From an uncultured Thermococci archaeon (lineage in GTDB: Archaea; Methanobacteriota_B; Thermococci; Thermococcales; Thermococcaceae), in the NCBI GenBank assembly GCA_964487115.1, contig CAZAPD010000084.1:1-28242 (forward strand): a DNA stretch of 28,242 nucleotides. Reading direction: 5' to 3'. Positions 18,491 through 26,119 of this stretch are shown piece after piece; the first letter of the stretch is position 1; every line of letters starts with the position of its first letter. The notes beneath the pieces were generated by a model, which saw nothing but the letters and a program-made list of their open reading frames with translations, did not search any database and was not told where the DNA came from. Both the position numbers and the translations under genes were made by a program.

Positions 18491-18931
18491 ATGAAGGATC
18501 TAAGCTTTGTAGTGATCGGAAAGTCATTCTCCGATACCAAACTGCTTGCAAAAGTTAGAGGTTTTACCGTGATTGTTGATGAACCTTCTGAAATTGGAGG
18601 AAGCGATAAAGGTCCTACTCCCCTGGAGTATCTTCTCATAGCACTTGCTGGATGCCTAAATATAACCTTTCGAAAAATAGCAGCCGAACGAGGCGTAAAT
18701 ATAAGCTCATTAGAATTTGTCATGAAGGGTACCCTTAATCCCAGTAAGTTTCAGGGTATCCCCACAAAAGAAAGAGCAGGTTATAAAGAGATAACAGTCC
18801 TTGTTAAACTTAACTCAGACGCTCCAAAAGAGACACTCATGGAAATCCTCAAAGAAGCTGAAAAAAGATGTCCAGTCAGTGATAATCTAATAATGCCAAC
18901 GCCATTAAAAATTGAAGTTAAGAAACTATAA
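18491..18931 (+). CDS. OsmC/Ohr family protein
   Basis: DEPSEIGGSDKGPTPLEYLLIALAGC and AEKRCPVSDNL, with both conserved Cys. Probable start MKDL at 18491 after GGTGAGG. Confidence 0.92.
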   Translation: MKDLSFVVIGKSFSDTKLLAKVRGFTVIVDEPSEIGGSDKGPTPLEYLLIALAGCLNITFRKIAAERGVNISSLEFVMKGTLNPSKFQGIPTKERAGYKEITVLVKLNSDAPKETLMEILKEAEKRCPVSDNLIMPTPLKIEVKKL

Positions 18932-19058
18932 TGAATTGTTATGTCGCTTATTGCCCAGTATAATTCATAGTAACAAAGGTGGTCATATATTTAGTAAATT
19001 TGTGTAACATTGTACTTAAACAGAAAAATATAAAAGTCCAAATGAGCAATGTGATATC

Positions 19059-19790
19059 ATGAGATATTTACTCTTAGACATATGGCAACCAGATTGTCCA
19101 ATCGTTCATCTCTCCGAAAGAATACACGATTTGAGAATTTATATTATAATGCCCCATGTTCTATCAACTGAAACCCGTGTTTTATTCACCGTCAGAGGAG
19201 AGGATGTTCAAAGGGTCATGGAAACTATTAGAAAAAACAAACATGTAAAATATGCCAAAGCCCTCTGGAAGGATGAACTGGGAGAAGATATCGAAATTGT
19301 ATGTAAAACTACGGATGCAATGGAAAGCTTTCTTCAATCTCATGTCGTTTTTCAACGTTCTCTTTATGCATTTGACGGCTTTGAGAGATGGTTTGTTATT
19401 GTCAAAAATAAAAGAGATGAAAATGAAGTCCTAAACAGACTCAGGGAGAGAAATGAAGTAAAAATTGTGGAAAAAAGGAAGATTAAAGAACAGGATTTCA
19501 GAACGATGATATGGCTTATGGCAAATCCATTAAGCTATCTCCAAATAGCATCTATTCTAACTAATCTCAACCTATCTCAGACTCAGGAAGCCCTGTTAAG
19601 AGAGACTTTACGAGAAGGGTATTATGATTATCCAAGAAGCACAAATCTGGCTAAATTGGCAGAGAGCATTGGAGTCTCAAAGGCAACAGTTGTGAAAAAC
19701 CTCAGAAAGCTTGAAGGTACCAGTATGAGGTTGTTCTTTAACCTTCTAAAAATAAAAGAAGAAAACGAAGCAAAAAACAGAGGGGGCTAA
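19059..19790 (+). CDS. Bacterio-opsin-activator-type (HTH_10) transcriptional regulator
   Basis: C-terminal LSQTQEALL...GYYDYPRSTNLAKLAESIGVSKATVVKNLRKLE; N-terminal WQPDCP similar to this archaeal family. Confidence 0.85.
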   Translation: MRYLLLDIWQPDCPIVHLSERIHDLRIYIIMPHVLSTETRVLFTVRGEDVQRVMETIRKNKHVKYAKALWKDELGEDIEIVCKTTDAMESFLQSHVVFQRSLYAFDGFERWFVIVKNKRDENEVLNRLRERNEVKIVEKRKIKEQDFRTMIWLMANPLSYLQIASILTNLNLSQTQEALLRETLREGYYDYPRSTNLAKLAESIGVSKATVVKNLRKLEGTSMRLFFNLLKIKEENEAKNRGG

Positions 19791-20761
19791 AATAAAGACT
19801 TCACGGCGTTGATTATGTCCTCTGCTTTTGGTACCATGAACTGCTCCAGTGGAGGACTGAAAGGATGTGGGACGTTTTTAGCTCCTACTCTTCGTATCGG
19901 AGCCTCAAGCTGTCCAAACAACTCCTCAGATATAGTTGCAGCAACTTCAGCTCCCCAACCCGCTCTTCTCCAAGTTTCATGGGCGATTACGACACGCCCT
20001 GTCTTTTTTGCTGAGTTGAGCACAGTTTCTTTGTCCCATGGAACAAGGGTTCTGATGTCGACAATTTCAACATCAATTCCTTCTTTGCTTAGGTATTCCG
20101 CAGCTTTTAACGATTCATGTACCATTCTCGATGCTGTTATGATTGTAACGTCACTTCCTTCCCTCTTTACATCAGCCTTACCCAAGGGTATGTAGTATTC
20201 CTCCTCTGGAACTGGTCCTTTTATCTTATAGAGAGATTTATGTTCAAAGAATATTACAGGATCTGGATCCCTTATTGAGGTTTTTATAAGACCTTTAGCA
20301 TCGTAGGGAGTTGAGGGTATGACAACTTTTATCCCCGGAACATGCATAAAGATCGTTTCTATGCTTTGAGAGTGCTGGGCAGCTGCAGATTTTGCAACAC
20401 CATCTGGACCTCTGAGAACTATGGGCAGACTAATCTGTCCCCCTGTCATGTATCTAATTTTCATTATCTGATTTGTTATTGCTGTTATCCCAGTGAAAAT
20501 GAAATCTGCAAAATGGAATTCCACCACAGGCTTCATACCGGCCATTGCTGCACCGAGAGCCGAACCATATATAACTTCTTCTGAAATTGGAGTGTCAAAT
20601 ATCCTATCCCCAACTTTTCCTAACAAACATTTATATGCTCCAAATATTCCCCCCTGTTTTGCTATGTCTTCTCCATAGGTTATGATGCTCTCGTCCTTAA
20701 GCATCTCCTCAAGAACACCTTCACATATTGCCTGGGCGAATGTTATAATCCTCTCTCCCAT
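19787..20761 (-). CDS. 2-oxoacid/acetoin dehydrogenase E1 beta subunit (AcoB/PdhB-like)
   Basis: GEDI..QGGIFG, DTPISE, AAQHSQS, PSTPYDAKGL, FFEHKSLY, DIRTLVP. Confidence 0.93.
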   Translation of the reverse strand: MGERIITFAQAICEGVLEEMLKDESIITYGEDIAKQGGIFGAYKCLLGKVGDRIFDTPISEEVIYGSALGAAMAGMKPVVEFHFADFIFTGITAITNQIMKIRYMTGGQISLPIVLRGPDGVAKSAAAQHSQSIETIFMHVPGIKVVIPSTPYDAKGLIKTSIRDPDPVIFFEHKSLYKIKGPVPEEEYYIPLGKADVKREGSDVTIITASRMVHESLKAAEYLSKEGIDVEIVDIRTLVPWDKETVLNSAKKTGRVVIAHETWRRAGWGAEVAATISEELFGQLEAPIRRVGAKNVPHPFSPPLEQFMVPKAEDIINAVKSLF

Positions 20762-20772
20762 TGTTGCTCACC

Positions 20773-21768
20773 TCAGTAGTCGTAGCCAGAATCATCAACA
20801 AAAAGATCTTTTAGAGCATCTTCCGGTTTAGGGAACTTGCTTTTCCTTGCAAACTCCACGGCTTCTGCAATCATCTGTTCTACTTTCATGTCTATTTCTT
20901 CAATCTCCCTTTCAGTTAAGATGTTATTTTCAAGCAAAAATTTTCTATATCTCCCCAAAGGCTCTCTTTCCCAGAATTTCTTAACCTCTTCTTTTGATCT
21001 GTAAAGCTCTGGGTCTCCAACAAAATGTCCTTTCAGTCTATAGGTCTTTGCCTCTAATAAAAACGGGCCACTTCCACATCTTGCTCTCTCTATTGCCATT
21101 TTCGCCGCTTTATAGACCTCAAGAACATTGTTTCCATCAATTGTCATTCCGGGTATTCCATATGATGCTGACCTAATAGCAACATTCTTAACTGGTATCA
21201 TTTCTTTTGCTGGGGCTGTTGATGCATATTCATTGAATTCTACCACAAATACCACTGGAAGGTTATAAACAGCGGCGAAGTTTAATCCTTCATGAAATGC
21301 TCCTCTGTTTGTTGCTCCATCCCCAAAAAATGAAACAACAACTTGATCTGTCCCTTTGAATTTAATTGCTAATCCTGCTCCAACTGCTATGGGAATTCCC
21401 CCAGCAACTTCCCCATTGGCTCCAAGTACTCCCTTTGAGACATCAGCTATGTGCATTGAACCTCCTTTTCCCTTGCAGTATCCACTCTCCTTTCCATAAA
21501 GTTCTGCCATCATTCGCTTCAAATCTGCGCCCTTTGCTATCATGTGTCCATGTCCTCTATGAGTGCTCGTTATATAATCGTCCTCTCTAAGATTTGCCAT
21601 GACTCCTGTTGCAATGGCCTCTTCTCCCACATACGAATGAATAAATCCGGGTATCTCACCTCTAAGAAAATTCTGTTCTGCGGTTATATCAAACTTCCTT
21701 ATCTTCACCATTGTTTCATACATCCAAATCAGTTTCTCTTTTGGTATATCCTCCCATCTAACCCTCAT
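20773..21768 (-). CDS. 2-oxoacid/acetoin dehydrogenase E1 alpha subunit (TPP-dependent, AcoA-like)
   Basis: PGFIHSYVGEEA, STHRGHGH, GKGGSMH, GDGATNRGAFHE TPP motif, YRLKGHFVGDP. Confidence 0.93.
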   Translation of the reverse strand: MRVRWEDIPKEKLIWMYETMVKIRKFDITAEQNFLRGEIPGFIHSYVGEEAIATGVMANLREDDYITSTHRGHGHMIAKGADLKRMMAELYGKESGYCKGKGGSMHIADVSKGVLGANGEVAGGIPIAVGAGLAIKFKGTDQVVVSFFGDGATNRGAFHEGLNFAAVYNLPVVFVVEFNEYASTAPAKEMIPVKNVAIRSASYGIPGMTIDGNNVLEVYKAAKMAIERARCGSGPFLLEAKTYRLKGHFVGDPELYRSKEEVKKFWEREPLGRYRKFLLENNILTEREIEEIDMKVEQMIAEAVEFARKSKFPKPEDALKDLFVDDSGYDY

Positions 21769-21780
21769 CCAAACACCTCC

Positions 21781-23070
21781 CTAATATAAATTGGCATGTT
21801 TAGGCAGCCAGAGAGAAAGCTGTGGGAACAACATCGCGATTATTAATGCTAATATGGCGGCAAGTATCAATGGAAAGGCTTCTCTGGCTATATCTTCTAA
21901 GCGCACTTTGGCTATATTTGCCGCAACGTATGCATTTACAGCAACGGGAGGAGTTACTTGGCCTATTGCAAGGTTTATTGTTATGACAACTCCAAACCAT
22001 AAAGGATCCCACTTAAAATGCTGCATTATTGGCATGAAGATTGGAAGAAAAACATAGTATATTGAGATTGCATCTAAAAACATTCCTGCAATAAGTAACA
22101 TTATGTTAATCAGGAACAGTATTACTATTGGATTACTTGAGAAACCAGTTATTGCAGCTACCGCATGGTTTATCAGACCTGCAGTTTCCTCAACCCATGA
22201 AAATAAAGTTGCAAAGGTAACAACAAACATAACTACAGCTGAAGTCTCTGCCGAATCTCTTAAAATTTTAATAAACTTCTTGAAGGTTATGGTCCTGTAG
22301 ATGACGGCTCCTATGAACCAGGAATAAACAACCGCAACAACTGCAGCCTCTGTTGGAGTAAATACTCCTCCATAAATACCTCCCAGTATTATCAATGGAG
22401 CCAAAAGACCAAGGAAGGAGTCTTTAAATGCCTCAATAATTTCTCCCATACTCCTTTTTTCAACACCTCCTCTCCAATTTCTTTTTCTCGATACTAAGTA
22501 GGTTGTTATTATCAAGAGGGAACTTGTGATCAATCCCGGGATTATACCCGCAATAAAGAGGGCTCCGATAGAAACGCTTGTTATTACGCCATAAATGATA
22601 AAAGCTATACTGGGAGGTATTATTATCGCCAAGCCAGATGCCGTTGATATAACACCTGCCGAAAACCCCTTAGAATAGCCACTTGCTATCAATGCTGGAA
22701 TCAGGATAACTCCCAATGCCGCTGTAGTCGCTGGCCCCGAACCAGAAACTGCTCCCCAAAATGTCGCTACTATTACTCCAACTATCGCAAGGCCTCCGTA
22801 AATGTTTCCTATTAGAAGTTTTGCCAATTTTATTATCCTCTCTGCTATGCCAGATTCCTGCATAGTTATACCGGCAGTTACAAAGAAGGGAATTGCGAGT
22901 AGAGGAAACTTTGCTATGGCTGAGTATATGTTTGGTCCGACAACTTCAATTCCATAGGCATAGTGCCAGATCGCAAATATCGAGACTATACCAAGGGATG
23001 TTCCTATCGGAACACCCACCAAAAGAAGAACTCCAAAGAGGAGGAGTATAAGGATTGATGGGTCAAGCAT
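21781..23070 (-). CDS. TRAP transporter large permease (DctM)
   Basis: LLAIPFF, GAVSGSGPA, IIPPSI, GVFTPTEAA, IGQVTPPV. Confidence 0.93.
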   Translation of the reverse strand: MLDPSILILLLFGVLLLVGVPIGTSLGIVSIFAIWHYAYGIEVVGPNIYSAIAKFPLLAIPFFVTAGITMQESGIAERIIKLAKLLIGNIYGGLAIVGVIVATFWGAVSGSGPATTAALGVILIPALIASGYSKGFSAGVISTASGLAIIIPPSIAFIIYGVITSVSIGALFIAGIIPGLITSSLLIITTYLVSRKRNWRGGVEKRSMGEIIEAFKDSFLGLLAPLIILGGIYGGVFTPTEAAVVAVVYSWFIGAVIYRTITFKKFIKILRDSAETSAVVMFVVTFATLFSWVEETAGLINHAVAAITGFSSNPIVILFLINIMLLIAGMFLDAISIYYVFLPIFMPIMQHFKWDPLWFGVVITINLAIGQVTPPVAVNAYVAANIAKVRLEDIAREAFPLILAAILALIIAMLFPQLSLWLPKHANLY

Positions 23071-23518
23071 TTTTCATAACCTCCCTCATGCTCTGTATTA
23101 TCCTAAAAACTACCAGAACAGATATTATCGGCATTCCAATTGTATATATCCACATTGGAATTCCTAATGCCATTGTCGTCGAATGATAAACTGTCATGTC
23201 AAGGTAGACATATTGAGCCGTGAGATAGAGAACCACAATAAAAAGGATTAAGCTAAGTATCTGTCCAAATATTATGAGATGCTTTCTTACAGGTAACCTA
23301 TCCCTTACAAAGACCATCGCTAAATGAGAGCCTTTTTTAAATGCCATAGCTATCCCCAGAAACGTTACCCACACAAAAAATGCTACTTCAATTTCTTCTG
23401 TAAACGCTATAGAAGCCCGAAAAAGATATCTTGTAACAACATTTATAAACGCCACAAGAATCATGATCAGAAGAAGGACAGCTGCAACATATCCCTCTGG
23501 TTCAATTTTCTCTTCCAA
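23063..23518 (-). CDS. TRAP transporter small permease (DctQ)
   Basis: NVVTRY, FTEEI, WVTFLG, GSHLAM; four hydrophobic helices. Probable TTG start at 23518 after GGAGGTG (the ORF track uses 23527). Confidence 0.9.
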   Translation of the reverse strand: MEEKIEPEGYVAAVLLLIMILVAFINVVTRYLFRASIAFTEEIEVAFFVWVTFLGIAMAFKKGSHLAMVFVRDRLPVRKHLIIFGQILSLILFIVVLYLTAQYVYLDMTVYHSTTMALGIPMWIYTIGMPIISVLVVFRIIQSMREVMKNA

Positions 23519-23546
23519 ATTAGGCACCTCCTTCAGATTTGGATTT

Positions 23547-23563
23547 GAAAGAAAAATAAAAAG
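23547..23563 (-). terminator. Oligo(T) tract between dctP and dctQ, possible partial terminator
   Basis: Minus strand reads CTTTTTATTTTTCTTTC just after the dctP stop; archaeal terminators are U-tracts. Confidence 0.35.
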
Positions 23564-23569
23564 ATAGGG

Positions 23570-24757
23570 TCATGAAGGAATTTCTACTTTTATTCCAAGA
23601 GCATTTTCAATGTCTGAAACTGCATCTTCCACTAATCCTTTCCCTATCTTCGGTACCCATGTCTTGTAAACACCGCCGACCTTAGCCTTGAATTCTGCTC
23701 TTTGACTTGGAGATAAAGTCGTTATTTCCATGCCCTTACTCTCTAAGAAGCTGATGGGATCTGTTATTTTGGGGGTGTAATTGTATTCTTCTTTTAGTAT
23801 CTTCAAAGAGGTACCGTCATCAAGACCTACACGTGCCATAGCTTTTTCCCATTTAGCTGCTTTTATAGCGGCTTCCTTTATTATCTGTTGAGTTTGTGGG
23901 TCAAAAGACTCCCACGTCTTTTTATTTACGGCGAATATTAGTGGATCGATTGCATAGTCCCATATAGTCATATACTTGTGGAACTGATAAATCTTGTATG
24001 GGATTATAACGATATTTATCGGGTTTTCTTGTCCATCAACTACTTTCTGCTGGAATGCTGTAATAGCATCCCCCCAGTTCATCATTGTTGGGTCAGCACC
24101 AAGTGCCTTGAATGTATCAACAAAGATGGGTGAACCTACTACTCTAATTTTCAATCCTTTGAGATCATCTGGGGTTTTAATTGGATGTTTCCAATTAGTG
24201 ATTTGTCTAAATCCGTTTTCGCCCCATGCTAATGGAATTACGCCTTTGCTTTCCAATATTTGTGCAATCCTTTTACCCGCTTTTCCATTTTCTACAGCAT
24301 CAACTGCTTTGTATATATCCCCCTTCTTCTTCCCTTCAGGGAAGAAAAATGGCAATATAAACAAGTTCAGCTCTTTAACCTGAGGTGCCCAGTTTATAGT
24401 TGAACCAACTGCAAAATCCGCAACTCCCTGACTAAGAAGAACAAACTCATTTGTTTGTTTTCCTGCAAAAAGCTGTCCAGAGAAATATATCTGAATCTTT
24501 ATCCTGCCATGTGTCTTTTTCTCTATCTCATCTGCCCACATCTTTGCAGCCTGTCCCCAAGGAGAATTGGGCCCAACAACAACGCTCATTTTGTATACCT
24601 TGGTTGGGGCAGAAGATGCTGAAGAGGATGTCGAGGTAGATGCTGATGCTGTAGAGGTTGCAGAGGTTGTAGATGTAGTGCTCTTTCCTATACATCCGGC
24701 CCCAATCACGCCAAAAATCAAAATTCCCAACAACAATATAGTTCCAAGTTTTCTCAT
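23570..24757 (-). CDS. TRAP transporter substrate-binding protein (DctP family), lipoprotein-type N-terminus
   Basis: Signal peptide ending GAGCIG, Ser/Thr linker, WGENGFRQIT, DLKGLKIRV (carboxylate-binding Arg), VDGQENP. Confidence 0.92.
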   Translation of the reverse strand: MRKLGTILLLGILIFGVIGAGCIGKSTTSTTSATSTASASTSTSSSASSAPTKVYKMSVVVGPNSPWGQAAKMWADEIEKKTHGRIKIQIYFSGQLFAGKQTNEFVLLSQGVADFAVGSTINWAPQVKELNLFILPFFFPEGKKKGDIYKAVDAVENGKAGKRIAQILESKGVIPLAWGENGFRQITNWKHPIKTPDDLKGLKIRVVGSPIFVDTFKALGADPTMMNWGDAITAFQQKVVDGQENPINIVIIPYKIYQFHKYMTIWDYAIDPLIFAVNKKTWESFDPQTQQIIKEAAIKAAKWEKAMARVGLDDGTSLKILKEEYNYTPKITDPISFLESKGMEITTLSPSQRAEFKAKVGGVYKTWVPKIGKGLVEDAVSDIENALGIKVEIPS

Positions 24758-24759
24758 CT

Positions 24760-25002
24760 TCAGACCTCCGTTTCTATCAACGCTATCGGTTCCCCAATAG
24801 GAACCTCATCCCCCTCCTCATGTATTATCTTAACAAGAATACCATCGGCCGGAGATTCAACCTCCCCAGTAAGTTTTTCACTTTCTATCTCTGCGATTGT
24901 TTCACCTTTTTTGACAAGGTCCCCTTCTTTCTTTATCCACTTGATTATAGTGCCACTTTCCATAGTTAGTCCCAATTTCGGCATTACGATTTCTACTTTC
25001 AC
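24760..25002 (-). CDS. Stand-alone lipoyl-domain protein (AcoC-like lipoyl domain)
   Basis: VMPKLGLTMESGTIIKW.KKEGD.V..GE.IAEIESEKLT.EVESPADG has the lipoyl-Lys in ESEK. Probable GTG start at 25002; the stop lies 2 bp before the dctP ATG. Confidence 0.9.
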   Translation of the reverse strand: MKVEIVMPKLGLTMESGTIIKWIKKEGDLVKKGETIAEIESEKLTGEVESPADGILVKIIHEEGDEVPIGEPIALIETEV

Positions 25003-25180
25003 GGATATCCCCAATATCTTATAAAACTTGCAAAATCTAAAAGTTTTGAGTGAACATATTAAACACCTGATTTATCTAAAGTAGGTGTATGCATAGAATA
25101 CATCCCACTGGGACTAATGAACAACTTTTAAAGCTGAGTAATTGTACTAATGCTCAAAAATCAACAGAGGGGAGAATACT

Positions 25181-26119
25181 ATGAGATGCAAATTCTGTAG
25201 GAGAAAAGCCTTCATCAAGATCCACTATCCAAAAATGTATCTCTGCGAGGAACACTTTAAGGAGTATTTTGAGAGAAAGGTTAAGCGCACGATTGAGAGA
25301 TATAAACTTCTCAATTTTAATGAGAAGATCCTCGTTGTAGTCAGCGGCGGCAAGGATTCGGCAGTTACCGTTTACGTTCTCAAAAAACTCGGCTATAACA
25401 TAGAATGCCTCCACATAAACCTTGGAATAGGTGAGTACTCAGAGAAGAGCGAGGAGTATGCGAGAAAGCAGTGTAAGAAGCTCGGAGTTCCACTTCATAT
25501 CGTCCGCATCAGGGAGCTCTTAGGAAAAGGAATCGGCGAGGTCAGAACAAGAAGACCAATTTGTTCTTACTGCGGTTTAACCAAACGCTACATCTTCAAC
25601 AAGTTCGCCTATGATAACGGCTTTGATGCAGTAGCTACCGGTCACAATCTCGACGACGAAGCGAGCTTCATCTTCGCCAATCTGATGAACTGGAACACAC
25701 AATATCTGGCCAAACAGGGCCCTCTCCTGCCAAGAGATGGGAAATTCGTTAAGAAGGTGAAACCTCTTTATGAGCTCACCGAGAGGGAAGTCACTGCATA
25801 TGCTCTGGTCACCGGGATAGATTACATGCTGGATGAATGCCCCCATGCAGAAGGTGCGACAACAATTGAATACAAAGAAATCCTCAACAGAATGGAGGAG
25901 AAACGACCCGGAACAAAAATCAACTTCATAAAGGGCTATCTGAGAAAGAAAAAGCTCTTTGAGATTGAACTTGGAGAGCATGAGCTCAGGGAATGCAGAG
26001 TCTGTGGTATGCCCTCCCAGGGAGAGAAGTGTTCCTTCTGCAATTTCTGGGGTCTGGAAAAACCTCTAAAATTTAAAATAACCAGCGACAGGATAAAGGA
26101 AAGCTTTAAGTCTCTTTAA
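25181..26119 (+). CDS. ttuA: tRNA 2-thiolation enzyme TtuA (TtcA/TtuA family, TIGR00269-like)
   Basis: N-terminal CxxC...CxxH zinc finger, SGGKDS PP-loop, CSYC, GHNLDD, ECPH, C-terminal CxxC...CxxC. The N-terminus resembles Pyrococcus TtuA as I recall it. Confidence 0.85.
   Translation: MRCKFCRRKAFIKIHYPKMYLCEEHFKEYFERKVKRTIERYKLLNFNEKILVVVSGGKDSAVTVYVLKKLGYNIECLHINLGIGEYSEKSEEYARKQCKKLGVPLHIVRIRELLGKGIGEVRTRRPICSYCGLTKRYIFNKFAYDNGFDAVATGHNLDDEASFIFANLMNWNTQYLAKQGPLLPRDGKFVKKVKPLYELTEREVTAYALVTGIDYMLDECPHAEGATTIEYKEILNRMEEKRPGTKINFIKGYLRKKKLFEIELGEHELRECRVCGMPSQGEKCSFCNFWGLEKPLKFKITSDRIKESFKSL

Noticed and set aside
24605..24682. Low-complexity GATGCT/GAGGTTG repeats
   Set aside because: Explained by the Ser/Thr/Ala linker of DctP; not a CRISPR array or independent repeat.
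17535..25180. Mobile-element hallmarks at the island edges
   Set aside because: No integrase, transposase, tRNA attachment site or convincing direct/inverted terminal repeats were seen.
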